From NCBI GenBank assembly GCA_052327205.1, contig CM126206.1, forward strand, positions 55,738,001 to 55,802,000: a stretch of 64,000 bases of DNA, given 5' to 3'. The notes under the pieces were generated by a model that made no database searches, was not told the DNA's origin, and was given only the letters and a program-made list of their open reading frames with translations. This document shows positions 13,183 to 25,486 of the stretch, piece after piece (position 1 is the stretch's first letter; each line of letters opens with the position of its first letter). The position numbers were made by a program, and so were the translations under genes. Source of the stretch: Somniosus microcephalus. Lineage: Eukaryota.

Positions 13183-14264
13183 TGTCTTCCAAGATAAATA
13201 TTTAATTTTAAAATTCAGTTAGAGAAAAAGGGTGAAACAGATGTATTGTTGGCAATTTGTTCAGTCTTTTGTGCAAAAATAGTGCTTTGCATCATCTCCT
13301 GTGAAGAATTCACATGACAGGACATTTATTTTATTTGGCCCTTGTTTAAAAATGTTTAAAAATAGTGAATATTCTTTAATACAAGTATTAAAATGTAGGA
13401 GTGTAAATTTGATGCTCATACGTTCATGAAATTAAAAGGAAAATCATACTCTGACTCAAATACCCAGATTTATTTCTATCCTTTAAATTGCCCATCTTTC
13501 AAAATAACTCCTGACAGGTTTTGTTTATTTTTTTTAGTGATTGAATTTTGTTTTACTTACATTTCAACAAAATGTTAAAGAGCAAACTCAGTGGCACTTG
13601 AACACGGTTCATTTAACACTTCATGAAAACAAATCCAGGTGTCATGGCCGCATTAGATTGGCTGTTAGATTACTGCATGTTTTTGTGCGGTGGTTTTCTT
13701 TTGTGGCACAAAAGTGAGGATAAAATGGGGCAGCAAGTGAGATCTACTGACTAGATGCACTGATTGGCACTAGTAAGGATTGAGACAGGGATCTGCTCAG
13801 ACTGCTCTTGTGTAAATGTAGTCAACGATGTGTTTTTTTTTTGAGCTGGCTCAGTTTAGATCTAGTCGACAAATAGGAAGAGTTGTTTGCACAGAATTGT
13901 TTTGCATGATAAGTTTCAAAATATCGACTAGTTGTGGAATTTCCTAACATCTGTTGTGCATGTGAAGCCTGAAGCCCTAACTACTGACGTCTGCCACAGG
14001 CGAGATCTGCAGATTAGTTTAGCAACCAGTTTCCATGATTTGTTGACGCCGTGTAAAATTAAACAGCCATTTTTTTTTCTTGCACATGTGTTGTTAAAAT
14101 AAGAAAGCTTCAGCGAACAGCAATTTTACGGCCACATAACAGCCCTGTGTAAATATGGATCAGTGGCTTCATACTGTATCAGTTGGCACTTGATAAATGA
14201 TTTTAATCTTCGTGACCTGTGCATGGCATGGAGATGAAGAAGCCAGACAAGGTTAAGATTTTGT

Positions 14265-14361
14265 AACAACAGAAAGTGCTGGAAACACTCAGCAGGTCAG
14301 GCAGCATCGAGGAGAGGAGAAACAGAGTCAAAGTTTTGGGTCGAACCCTTCGTCAGAACTG
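14265..14361 (-). mobile_element. Penelope-type pLTR fragment with decayed hammerhead motif
   Basis: Reverse complement CAGTT-CTGACGA-AGGGTTCGACCC-AAAACTTT-GACTC followed by the shared ctgcctgacctgctgagtgtttccagca block. Confidence 0.7.
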
Positions 14362-15037
14362 TTTTGTGCGGTTTGACTGCTTTTCCTTCGATCAGATTTT
14401 TACGCAATTAAAAAAAAAAGACTCCAGTCTAATGTAGCTTGAATCGAGGTCTAAATTCAAACCATTTGGATGCCCCTGAAATCTTGGAGTTTGAGGTCTT
14501 TGTTCTTGGCTGACCAGGGAAGGCAGAGACTCCTTTTTGTCTTCATCCTGTTTCCTGGATTGAGATCCAGTTACCAGGCTAATTGGTGGGAGTACACCTA
14601 CTAAAAGGAAACGGGGCAGGTCTGTGCTATGTGCGCATGGCCACAAGGTGCTAAATTGAGTCTGCAAACTCCGCTGTGTGCCAAGGTCACTGAGGGACCC
14701 GGCTTCGAGACATTACTAAGTTCTTTGTGAGGGGATGGAAATAATTTAAATAACCTAAGGAGTTCAAATGACCTAATCGCTGAGGCTGCCTCTGTTAATG
14801 ACTTTCTTGACTGAGATTAATTCACTTCCCTCACACTGTTAAATTTAGTAATTCCTCCCCAATATCATCACTCCTCACTGTTTATACTAAAAATATTCAT
14901 TAGAAAGAAAAACCTTTACCAGACATGAGAGAACTTTACCTCTTTTGTTTAGACTGAACTGAAACTCAGATTCCCTAGGTCAATTTTAAAATGAGCACTT
15001 GTCCATATCTTCTAAATCCTATGCGCAATCAGCCAGA

Positions 15038-15753
15038 AGGGTGTGCATGAACAGAGAGACCAAGGGGTATATGTGCACAAATCGTTGAAGGTGGCAGAGC
15101 AGGTTGAGAAAGCAGTTAAAAAAGCATACGGGATCCTGGGCTTAATGAATAGTGGTGTAGAGTACAAAAGCGTGGAAATTATGATGAACCTGTATAAAAC
15201 ACTGGTTCGGCCTCAACTGGAGTATTGTGTCCACTTCTGGACACTGCACTTTAGGAAGGATGTGAAGGCCTTAGAGAGGGTGCAGAAAAGATTTACGAGA
15301 CTGAATCCGAGATGAGGGACATCAGTTTCGTAGATAGACTAGAGAAGCTGGAGTTGTTATCCGTAGAGCAGAGAAAATTGAGAGGAGAGTTGATAAAGGT
15401 GTTCAAAATCATGAGGGACCTGGACAGAGTAGATAGAGGGAAGCTGTTCCCATTGGAGGAAGGGTCAAGAACCAAAGGACACAGATTTAAGGTGATTGGC
15501 AAAAGAACCAAAGGCAACATAAGAAAAAACTTTTTTACGCAGTGAGTGGTTAGGATCTGGAATGCACTGCCTGAGAGGGTGGTGGAGGCAGACTTAGTCA
15601 CGGCTTTCAAGAGGGAGTTGGATCAGTACCTGAGAGAAAAATTTGCAGGGCTGCAGCGAAAGGGCGGTGGAGTGGGATTAGCTGAAGTGCTCTTGCAGAG
15701 AGCTGGCTCGATGGCCTGAATGGCCTTCTTCCGTGCTTGTAACCATTCTATGA
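15038..15753 (+). mobile_element. CR1 LINE 3' fragment (RT C-terminus and tail)
   Basis: LYKTLVRPQLEYCVHFW, KLRGELIKVFKIM, KNFFTQ; ATTCTATGAT tail. Confidence 0.92.
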
Positions 15754-15884
15754 TAACTTTTTTTTTAAGGGAGGAAATGGCTGAAAAATATGTGAAGGAA
15801 TGAAGTTTGAAGAGTTTGCAAAATACTTTTAAGGCGAGAAGCTGGCCAAGGAGCAATGGAACAATCGAGTCTAGAGGTGACAAA

Positions 15885-16460
15885 ATCATAGATGAGGGTT
15901 TCAGCAGCAGATGGACTGAAGTAGGGGTGCAGACAGATGATGTTAAGGGTGGTCTTAAAGGAGGAGAGGGAGATTGAGGGGTTTAGGGAGGGAATTCCAG
16001 AGAGTGGGGCCTAAGCAGCTGAAGGCTGCCAATGGTGAGTCAAAGGGAGAGGAGGATGCACAGGAGGCCAGAGTATGAGTAATGTTCTTCAGGGATGGGG
16101 CATTGTAGCACTGGAGGAGTTTGCAGAGATAGGGACAGAAAAGGCCATGGAGAGATTTAAACAGGAGGAGGCGAATTTTAAATTGGAGGCATTGGGGTAC
16201 CAGAAGGCAGTGTCGATCAGCAAGGACAGGGGTGATGGGTGAGCAGGTCTTGGTGTGGGACAGGATACGGACAGCAGATGATGATCTGAAGCTTACAGAT
16301 GGTGAAGGATGGGAAGCTGGCCTGGAGAGCATTGGAACAGTTGGGTCTGGAGGTGACAAAGGTGTGGATGAGGGTTTCAGCAACAGTTGGGCTCAGGTAG
16401 GGGCAGAAGCGGGCAATGTTAAGAAGGTGGAAGTAGGCAGTCTTTATGATGGAGAGGATT
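15885..16460 (-). mobile_element. L2-type LINE ORF2 3' fragment
   Basis: ETLIHTFVTSRP, PITPVLADRH, FKSLHGL, PTLWNSLP on the minus strand. Confidence 0.85.
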
Positions 16461-16496
16461 AAGAAAGACAATATATAACAGGGAATATTTTTTTTA

Positions 16497-16640
16497 AAAT
16501 AGAGAATGGAATGATTAGGGTTAGGGTTAGGGTTAGGGTTTGGCCCACCGTGCCTGTGCCAGCTCTTTGAAAGAGCTATCCAATTAGTCCCACTCCCCTG
16601 CTTTTTCCCCATAGCCCTGCAAATCTTTCCTTTCTTAGTT
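16497..16640 (-). mobile_element. CR1 3' tail containing a telomeric insert
   Basis: Matches 58484-58615 apart from the TTAGGG array. Confidence 0.8.
16515..16540 (+). repeat. Short interstitial telomeric sequence (TTAGGG)4TT
   Basis: Four perfect TTAGGG units at 16515-16538. Confidence 0.95.
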
Positions 16641-18233
16641 TATTCTTTTCCCTTCATTTTACCAATAAAATGTATGCATATATGAATACTCTAATTTTTT
16701 CTCCCCAGCCCCTCACATATGCATGCGCATGCACACGCATTCCCCATGGCAAGGAGGAAGTTCTGTGCTTTTTCACTGCACCCAGTGGGAAACCTTTAGG
16801 TTGACATTTCTGCTGCTCTAAATGGCTATGGTACTGAAATGTTGTGTAGAAGCTTAAAGAATTAACTGAGTATTATACTGCCTGGAGCCAAAGGCAAAGG
16901 ACATTATTGCACACTGTAGATCACTTCTGTAATCATGAAGGCATATATGACATCCTTCTGTATTCTTCAAAGTAATGGTGAATTGCTCCTTTTACCTTTG
17001 GCACTAGCTTCAGATTTTCAGTTTTTTCCTTCTAACGATACTATCTGGGTTATTGGATCTGGCCTCTGTTAAGCAACAGATGAGAATTTTGGAAGCCTCT
17101 TTTATTGTATCTGACAAGAGTTTGAAGGTATGATATGACAAAACTAATTCTGACAGGATTTTGAATGTTACAACAACCACATTTTCCTGTGGTCCATGTA
17201 CAAATACTCGGCTAACTGTCATGTTTTCAGCTTTGTAGTCTTCTAGTAATAGATTAGATTTAACTACAGAGTATCAGAGTGCAGATAAGGTGACTTCCAA
17301 AATTTGCTCAATGTGCATATTTGAATTTGAACAGTTTCTTCGTAAAAGCAACAACCAAGTGTAGGAAGTGCTAAAACTATGAACTGAGTTGTAATCTCCG
17401 ACCCTGTTAATCTTTCTTCCCATCAAGAACATCCTAGCTACTCTGGCATTCATCATGTGCTGCAGAAATAGAGCAGATGTATTTTAAGTCTAAAACTGTT
17501 TATCCACCTTCTTTCGGGATCCAGAAGGCAGTATTCTGTTGTACCACACCATAGCCCCTGTCTATGACCACCCAACTGCAACATTACCCAGCTTATTTAT
17601 GTAATCCATCATTGGTTTTACTGTATGCTGGGAGCATAAGATCATAGCCCAAATGACTGTCCCCATAGAATACTGTGACAAGTATAAACATGTACTTGCA
17701 CTTGAAGTTCATGTTCCTGGGAAACTGTAGTTTCTGAGCTCCTTGAATTGTTTGCTTGGACTTTGGGGAAACTAGTGCCATGTAACTGAGTCCAGACTTT
17801 AATGAGGCAACAATTAATGGTTCAATTAGCCAATGGACAGGTATTTCAATCAGTAACCAAACACTGGGGTAATGGCAGAGGTCAACTTTAGCCTACTTTT
17901 CAGCATTTTAATTGATATCTTGTGAACGGTAAATGTTAAACTAGCTTTTTAAAGAAATCAAAACAAGCACTCCAGTCCCAGCATCGCTTTATTGTGTTTG
18001 TCCATGAACAGCAGTGCTGACCTGTCACATTCACTGACTGTGCTAAAATGCTCCCATCACTCTTCAGAGCAATAAATCTGTAGAAATTCGCAAATGAATG
18101 CAGTGAACATTATCTGAATTATGTGTGAACATCCCTGAGGAGTTGCATGTCAGAGATGAATAATCAAATATCCAGACTTGGTCCTCAGCTAGCAAAGCAA
18201 ACTTAATTAACAACTTTGTATCTTGACCTCTAA

Positions 18234-18473
<240 letters not shown>

Positions 18474-18699
18474 TAATATAATTGACTACAATAATTTACT
18501 CTGGTTGCAGACTCATCAGAATGGAGCTAATTGTGGAAATGTTATGATGATTGATGCTTATTACATGCTCAAAATTTTTTTTTTTAAGTTCTTCAACTTC
18601 AGTGTAAGGGGGGAAAAAAGATTCTGAGCTGAATTTAGCTGCTATATTAATCAGAACGTAGTGTGGTTTGTGCTGTTATTCTGTATATACTGTACATAT

Positions 18700-19148
18700 A
18701 AAATAAAAACAGAAAATACTGGAAATACTCAGCAGGTCAGGCAGCATCTGTGGAGAGAGAAACAGAGTTAATGTTTCAGGTTGATGACCTTTCGTTAGAA
18801 CTGGAAAAAGCTGGAGATGGAACAGGTTTTTATGCAAGTTGTAGGGACAGGGAAAGGGGGGAGGGGAAGAAAGAACAAAAGGGAAAGTCTGTGATAGGAT
18901 GGAAGGCAGGAGAGCAATGAAGATGAATAAGGTAAAAGAGACAAACGGAAATCCCGTCAGAGAGAAGGGCAGAACACTTGCTTAAAAACCTGTTCCATCT
19001 CCAACTTTTTCCAGCTCTGATGAAGGGTCATCGGCCTGAAACATTAACTCTCTGTCTCTCTCCGCAGATGCTGCCTGACTTGTTAAGTGTTTCCAGCATT
19101 TTCTGTTCTTATTTCAGATTTCCAGCATCCGCAGTATTTTACTTTTGT
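18700..19148. mobile_element. Penelope-type element remnant with inverted pLTR arms and hammerhead motifs
   Basis: Arms of about 140 bp (18700-18839 and 18976-19114) are reverse complements; the right arm continues with a cagatttccagcatccgcagtatttt tail; CTGATGA...GAAAC core at 19017-19042. Confidence 0.8.
19012..19050 (+). ncRNA. Minimal type I hammerhead ribozyme-like motif, activity doubtful
   Basis: CAGCT-CTGATGA-A-GGGTC-ATC-GGCCT-GAAA-CA-TT-AACTC; conserved core boxes, stem II with wobbles, stem I with one mismatch. Confidence 0.6.
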
Positions 19149-19431
19149 AGTACTGTATGCATTAAGTGTGTTGCTGAAGAGTTACTGGGGCCAATTTCCA
19201 GTTGCCAGCTTCCCGATTCTCGCTTGCAAAACGAACAGCTGGCAGTTGTAAATTGGAGGTGGGGGTGAGGGGGTGGTTTCCCACCAGATGCAATTTTCAG
19301 GCAGGTTTGTAATTGGACGAGCAGCACGCCTGCCTGTTTCCAGTAGGAGGCTGCATAGATATGCAAATCTGGGTTGTTTGCAGGTCCTCATTTGCAATTC
19401 TCAAATACAAATACGTGTGCCACTCATGCTT

Positions 19432-19662
19432 TCCCCCAGAGTGGTTAGAATGTGGAACTTGTTCCTACATGGAGTAGTTGAGGCGATTTAGCATAGATGT
19501 ACTCAAGGGGGAAGCTAGATAAACACGAGGGAGAAAGGAATAGAAGGTTATGCTGATCAGGTGAGATGAAGTATAGCGTGAGGAGGCTCGTGTGGAGCAA
19601 AAACGCCGACATAGCCCAGTTGTGGACTGGATGGCCTGTTTCTGTGCTGTAAATGCTATATA
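19432..19662 (+). mobile_element. CR1 3' end, older subfamily
   Basis: RVVRMWNL motif, ggatggcctgtttctgtgctgta tail. Confidence 0.75.
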
Positions 19663-21999
19663 ATTTTTGTGGAGCCAGGAGGAGCAGGATGATAAAGCCC
19701 ACAGCTCACCAATGCCATTCAAATGAAGCCGGGACCGAAATGGGTTCGGCGCCTCGATGCCAGCTTCAAGCAGGGAACGTGGACACTCCACCGACTTCAT
19801 ATCCCTTCCGAGCGAACATCGAAAATCGCCCTCACTCTTTCTGGTTGAGTTTGGGCAGTTTGACGTTATGATAAGCACAGTCTTCTACCAGAAACTGTTT
19901 ACATTGTTTTATTGAGGAGTGTTCTTCCTTTGGCTTTGCAATTTTAATGTGCATGTTGGAAACTTCACTTAAGAGCCATTTGCAGAAAGGTTCATTCCAC
20001 TTATTTTTTGATAAAACTGAATGAGATTAAGCAAATTGGTAATGTTTATATCAAATTATTGAATGTATTCCTTTCACTGAAGGCACAATTTGTTGATGGC
20101 GATCGTAATGCTGGAGTCCATCTTGATGTCATTTTATACCCTGGCAGTGAAATACTTCTACCTCTGGATTGTGGCCAGTTGGAAATGGTTTTAAAAGTGG
20201 AACAAAATCATATTAGATGGATAGCTATAATATTCAGAGAAAAGCACTGTCATATTATTGAGCTGATATTGTCAGTTTTAACGCAGTTATTAGCCAATCA
20301 TAAATGTAGAGTGTCACACAATGTAATTTGATCCTTGGCGTGTGTTCTGGATGTCCGGGAGGGATAAACGGGAAGGTATTAAAAGAAGTTTGTTGATCGT
20401 TTGGGCACAAAGATTATAATTTCCTCTTTCAATTCTCAAGTGTGGATTAAATGCTTTCTATGGATTGAACACCACCTGTCAGTTAGTTTTACAAAATGGG
20501 CTTTTTTTGAAGACTTGCTGTGCAGTAACCTCTGAGTAGGCAGTAACAAAGTTGCCTAAAGCTTTAAAATACTTCCTTTGCAAAATCCTCTTCTGGCTTG
20601 AACTTTGTCCTATGATTAAATTTAATACAATAAAATAAATCCTATGAGCTAAATGCCAAAATTGAATTTCTTGTGCTTGATTTTCATTTCGGAAAACACT
20701 TGAAATCTAGCAGGATTTGAGGTGAAAAGGCATGTGTTCCAGTGAGCAATTACTGCATTCTTAAGTACACGCTAGGCTTTTACAAGATGATGTTTCTAAC
20801 TAGTGATTTGGAGAACCAGAGCCTCCAACGCTGCAGTTCATTGAGTCTAACGACTGTGCATTCAATGCGTTAAAACACAAACATTGAAATTTTTTTTCCA
20901 AAAAAAGCCAAGGAACAGCCAGCATAATCTAACACGTTTAGTGGACATCAACTCATTCCTTAATCTGGTTCTTTTGAATACAGACCATACTATTATTCTA
21001 TTTGTGAATCAATGCTTCATTCTTTACACTGGTAATGACAGCAGTTGTAGTTACCAGCAAAATTATCGGATCAAAGTAAGAGAAGTGTTTGCCCTCATAC
21101 ACTTGGAGAGCCCCGGGAGAATTGAGATTACAATTCCTCACTTGTTACTTGAGAGCAAATCATTAGGATCAAGAAACATTAGTGGGATTCTGAATCATTA
21201 GGTTCTCATTTACAGATGTTCCAAAATATGTATTCGCTGAAGCTTAAATGTCGTCGTAAACATTTTGCACTGTTTTGCAACTTGCGTTTTGAGGTGTGTA
21301 CGTTTGTCTTGATGTTTGTAATAACTTCAGTAAAAATGACTTGTGTTAAAATGAAAGAAAAATAAATCCTGTCTCCGTAAACAATAAAATGCTGCTGACA
21401 CTTAGCATTTCACTTAGCACAGAATGTAATACTGTAGTGACTAAATTGCCAGAGATTTTATTCTTAAACCAGCCAGAAGTTCAGTGCAACCGTTTGATTG
21501 TGCCCCACCAATTGGTACAGTTCATGTAGATAATGAGGTTTTTATGTCCATCTGATTTATTCCTCTCGAAGCGGTTTCTTTGACATTGTTCCTCGGCTGT
21601 GCTTCAGAACTATTACAATGATTAAATCTACACTACTTCAGTGTACCTTTGATAGATTTGCCAACTTTTCACAATTTTCCCATTTGTTTTTTTTAAATTT
21701 CAGTTTCAGTGGTTTTACAAACTTTGAAAATGATTTTCTTTTGAGTGGCTGTCGTCTCCTTAGATTGAACTAATTTCAGATCCTTTGAGTTTTTAATTTT
21801 CTGCAATCTTTAAAAAACAATGGTGTCTTGGATTGCTTGCTTTTCTTCTCCCTCCAAATAATAAATCAAAGCTTTGTATGAACTTGTGAAATGAAACCCA
21901 GTGTCATATTGGGCATAGTGGCCTAAATTCTAATCTTGACCTGGTGCTGCAGTTCTCATTGTATTTGACAGCATGCAAACTTGAAGACCTTTAGCCTCC

Positions 22000-22560
22000 A
22001 TTTATATAGTGCCTTTAACTGGGTTTAAAAAAAATTAAACCCCCCCAAATGCGCTTCACAAAACGCATATGGAAAACTGATGTCAAGCCAGGAAAGGGGA
22101 GGTTAGGAGGGTGACCAAAAAGGTTGGTCTAAGAGGTGGATTTTCATTAGGTTTTTTGAAGGAGCAGAAAGACCTGGGGAGACCAGGCTTTAGGGAGGGA
22201 ATTCCAGAGACTAGGACCCAGGCAGCTGAAGGCTGTGTTGCCAATGGTAAGGTGAAGAGATGCGCAAGAGGCTGGAGAAGGAGGAATGGCGAGTTCCGGT
22301 GGGGGTGGATAGAGGGCTGGAGGAGGGTGTGGAGATAGTGAGAGATGAGATAATTGAGGGATTTAAAGATTGAGGACAAGGATTTTAAATTTGTGGATGG
22401 TGAGCCAATGTAGGTCAGTGAGAACTGGACTGATGGGTAAGCCGGACTTGGTGCAGGGCAAGATATGTGCAGCAGAATTTTGGATAAATTGGGGATTGTG
22501 GACAATGGGTGGCCAGCAAGGGAAGTGTTAGAATAATTCAAGTGACTAGGGAAGGCACGA
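22000..22560 (-). mobile_element. L2-type LINE 3' fragment
   Basis: tttagggagggaattccagag and related blocks shared with 28757-29380. Confidence 0.75.
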
Positions 22561-22994
22561 TGAATTGACCCCTGACTAAAAGTACAAAAGAATATTTCGA
22601 TGAGGCGGTTCAACCCATCCAGCTTGCTCTTATCAGTCAAGTCGTTTTCAGAACCCAGTCTGACTTTTTCTTAATCCTACCCAAACATAATTCTGTCTGC
22701 TCCTTGGTAAATCTGAAATTGATCTAGTTCCCCTTTGAATGCTTCAGTGAGTTGGAATTTGCTGCTTTTTCTGGCAGTGTATTTCAGCAGTTTGTTAAAG
22801 ATTGTTAAAGTTATTCTTTATACTGTGTTTACCTTGTAGTTTTGTCATTTTATGCAGCAGTTATATTTTCTGGCGGTGGTGTAATAGCTTGCCGTTTAAA
22901 AAAAAATAAAAAACCTCTTTATATTCATCTAGTCTATTCCTGTCACTTAAAAACTTTGATTATGCCCCTCCTTTTCATGAGTAGAGCACTCCTC

Positions 22995-23272
22995 CAATGT
23001 TGGCCTCTTGCGTATCGCCGATTTTTATCGCTCCACCGCTGCTGGCCATGTCTTAAGCGGCCTAGGCCCCAAGCTCTGGAATTTGCTCCCTAAACCTCTC
23101 CTCCTTTAAGATGGTCCTTAAAACCTGCCTCTTTGACTAAGCTTTTGATCACCTGTTCTTATATCTCCTTATGTGGTTCAGTGTCAAATTTTGTTTGATG
23201 ACGCTCCTGTGAAGCACCATGGGACATTTTACTACGTTCAAGGGGCTATACAAATGCAAGTTGTTGTTGTTA
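22995..23272 (+). mobile_element. L2-type LINE 3' end
   Basis: ggccccaagctctggaattt...ctcctgtgaagcacc...aaatgcaagttgttgttgtt tail. Confidence 0.8.
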
Positions 23273-23587
23273 TAGGCGAGTTTGCTTCCTTGGCCTCCCC
23301 TTATAATTAAAAACACGTAAAGCTTTGGTTGTGTTCATCGGCCTTTGCCACGAAGTTGCACAAAGACCCTTGACAGTAGCGGCTCTTGACATGTGGGCCT
23401 TGCACAGCCAGCTGCACCGTGACTGTAAATCTTGTCAGGATTCGCTCAGGGTGGTTGCTGGGAGGAACCAGTGAAAATGGGTCTTTCTGGCTGCAGGCTT
23501 TAGCAAATCCCAGCAAGTTTATTTTCGGGTAGCAACTGATTGAGCGAAACTCATGCGTCGGGAGCCACTGCCATGAGCGCAGGCCCT

Positions 23588-23887
23588 AATAGAAACATAG
23601 AAAAATAGGAGCAGGAGTAGGCCTCTCGACCCTTCGAGCCTGCTCCGCCATTCAATATGATCATGGCTGATCCTCTATCTCAATACCATATTCCCGCTCT
23701 CTCCCCATACCCCTTGATGCTTTTTGTGTCTAGAAATCTATCTATCTCCTTAAATATATTCAGTGACTTGGCCTCCACAGCCTTCTGTGGTAGAGAATTC
23801 CACAGGCTCACCACCCTCTGAGTGAAGAGATGTCTCCTCATCTCGGTCCTAAATGTCCAGCCCCGTCTCCTGAGACTGTGACCCCTC
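23588..23887 (-). mobile_element. CR1 3' end
   Basis: FRTEMRRHLFTQRVVSLWNSLPQKAVEA; atagaaacatagaaa tail. Confidence 0.9.
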
Positions 23888-24074
23888 GCAATATAAGAGC
23901 AGCCCTCCCAAGTCCTTTCTACCACTTCTTTATTTTTGTTAAGTGAACTAAAATATTGAAATAATGAGCTGTTCAGGCCGAAATCCAAGCACCACTGCCA
24001 GCAAGCAGATGGCAGAAAGCCACGGTCAGGTTGTACAGCAGGCCGGTAGGAAATGATCTCTATAGTGGTGGAAA

Positions 24075-24380
24075 AAGAAAGAACAAACTTGCACTTTTTT
24101 AGCATCTAATATAGCAGGATCCCACAAAGAGCAAGTGTTTGATGGTGTTGTTTGAAGGACAAATGTTGGTCAGCACACCAGGAGAACTCCCTGCTCCTCT
24201 TCAATTAGCACCATGGGATCTTTGATGTCCACCTCATCCGGCAGACTGGGCCTCAGTTTAGTGTCTAATCTGACACATCTCCACCTCAGTACTGCGCTCA
24301 TAAGTCAGCCTAGACTATGGAGTGGGGCTTGAACCCACAACCTTCCGACCGAGAGGTGGGAGTCCTACCAGCTCAGCCAT
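24075..24380 (-). mobile_element. Deu-type SINE, decayed
   Basis: ggagaactccctgctcctc...ccatgggatcttt...ggagtggggcttgaacccacaacc, colinear with 61240-61703. Confidence 0.75.
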
Positions 24381-24417
24381 CCTTGAAGGCAATGTGCAAC
24401 AGAGTCATCCAAACAGT

Positions 24418-24622
24418 CATCTTTGGAATTCTCTGCCCCAGAGGGCTGTGGATGCTGAGTCTTTGAGTATATTCAAGGCTGAGATAGATTTTTGGACTCC
24501 AGGGGATATGGCGATCGGGTGGGAAAGTGGAGTTGAGGTCGATGATCAGCCATGATCTTATTGAATGGCGGAGCAGGCTCGTGTGGCTGTATGGCCTACT
24601 CCTGCTCTTATGTCTTACGTTT
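24418..24622 (+). mobile_element. CR1 3' end
   Basis: LWNSLPQRAVDAESLSIFKAEID and tail. Confidence 0.85.
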
Positions 24623-24629
24623 TGTAACG

Positions 24630-24880
24630 TTGTGGGTCCAATTCCTTTGCTGAGTTAGCTGATCTCGGCTGGGGCAGGAGTTGGCCCTGGGCTCAGAAAG
24701 GGAATATGAGCAAGGATTCCCACCCCTGGTTATTATACAGTGGCACCTGCTGCAAAGTGCACTTGTGGATGTTAGGCACCTCAGGGGTTAGCTAACGTTC
24801 CAACACTCACTGTCTACACTGGCACATGAAGACTGGGTGAAGTGCACTAGAGTGACCAAAACCTGTGGCAGCACCTTCAA
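24630..24880 (+). mobile_element. Unassigned ancient SINE-like repeat
   Basis: Core TGAGTTAGCTGATCTC recurs at about 35762 and 41207; related blocks near 2700-2930 and on the minus strand near 1300-1510 and 6240-6640. Confidence 0.6.
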
Positions 24881-25189
24881 AAAAGAAGAGAAAAAGGAAT
24901 ATTTGCAGAAAGAAAAATGCTAAATTGGACAACAACCCCAATAAGACTTTTAACATTGTCAATGTGATTTAAGTGTTGTTAAGTAGACAATACTCAGAAT
25001 CTGATGATGAAGCTTGAGGCCAAGAGGAACATCTAAAGTGCCAATTCCAGTTCCAAACTGCTTTTGGGGAAGAGGGTATGCTTTCTGTAGTTGTGGTTCT
25101 GAGTGTTCGTAACTTCAAAATTTTGCCGATACAATATCCATCTGGAAATATCTCTTTTTTTCTGGGTTTGTCCAAAATGTAGGTTTTAA

Positions 25190-25486
<297 letters not shown>

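Noticed and set aside
16217-16612. PNPNPNPN-containing ORF
   Set aside because: Translation of the telomeric array plus adjacent CR1/L2 fragments.
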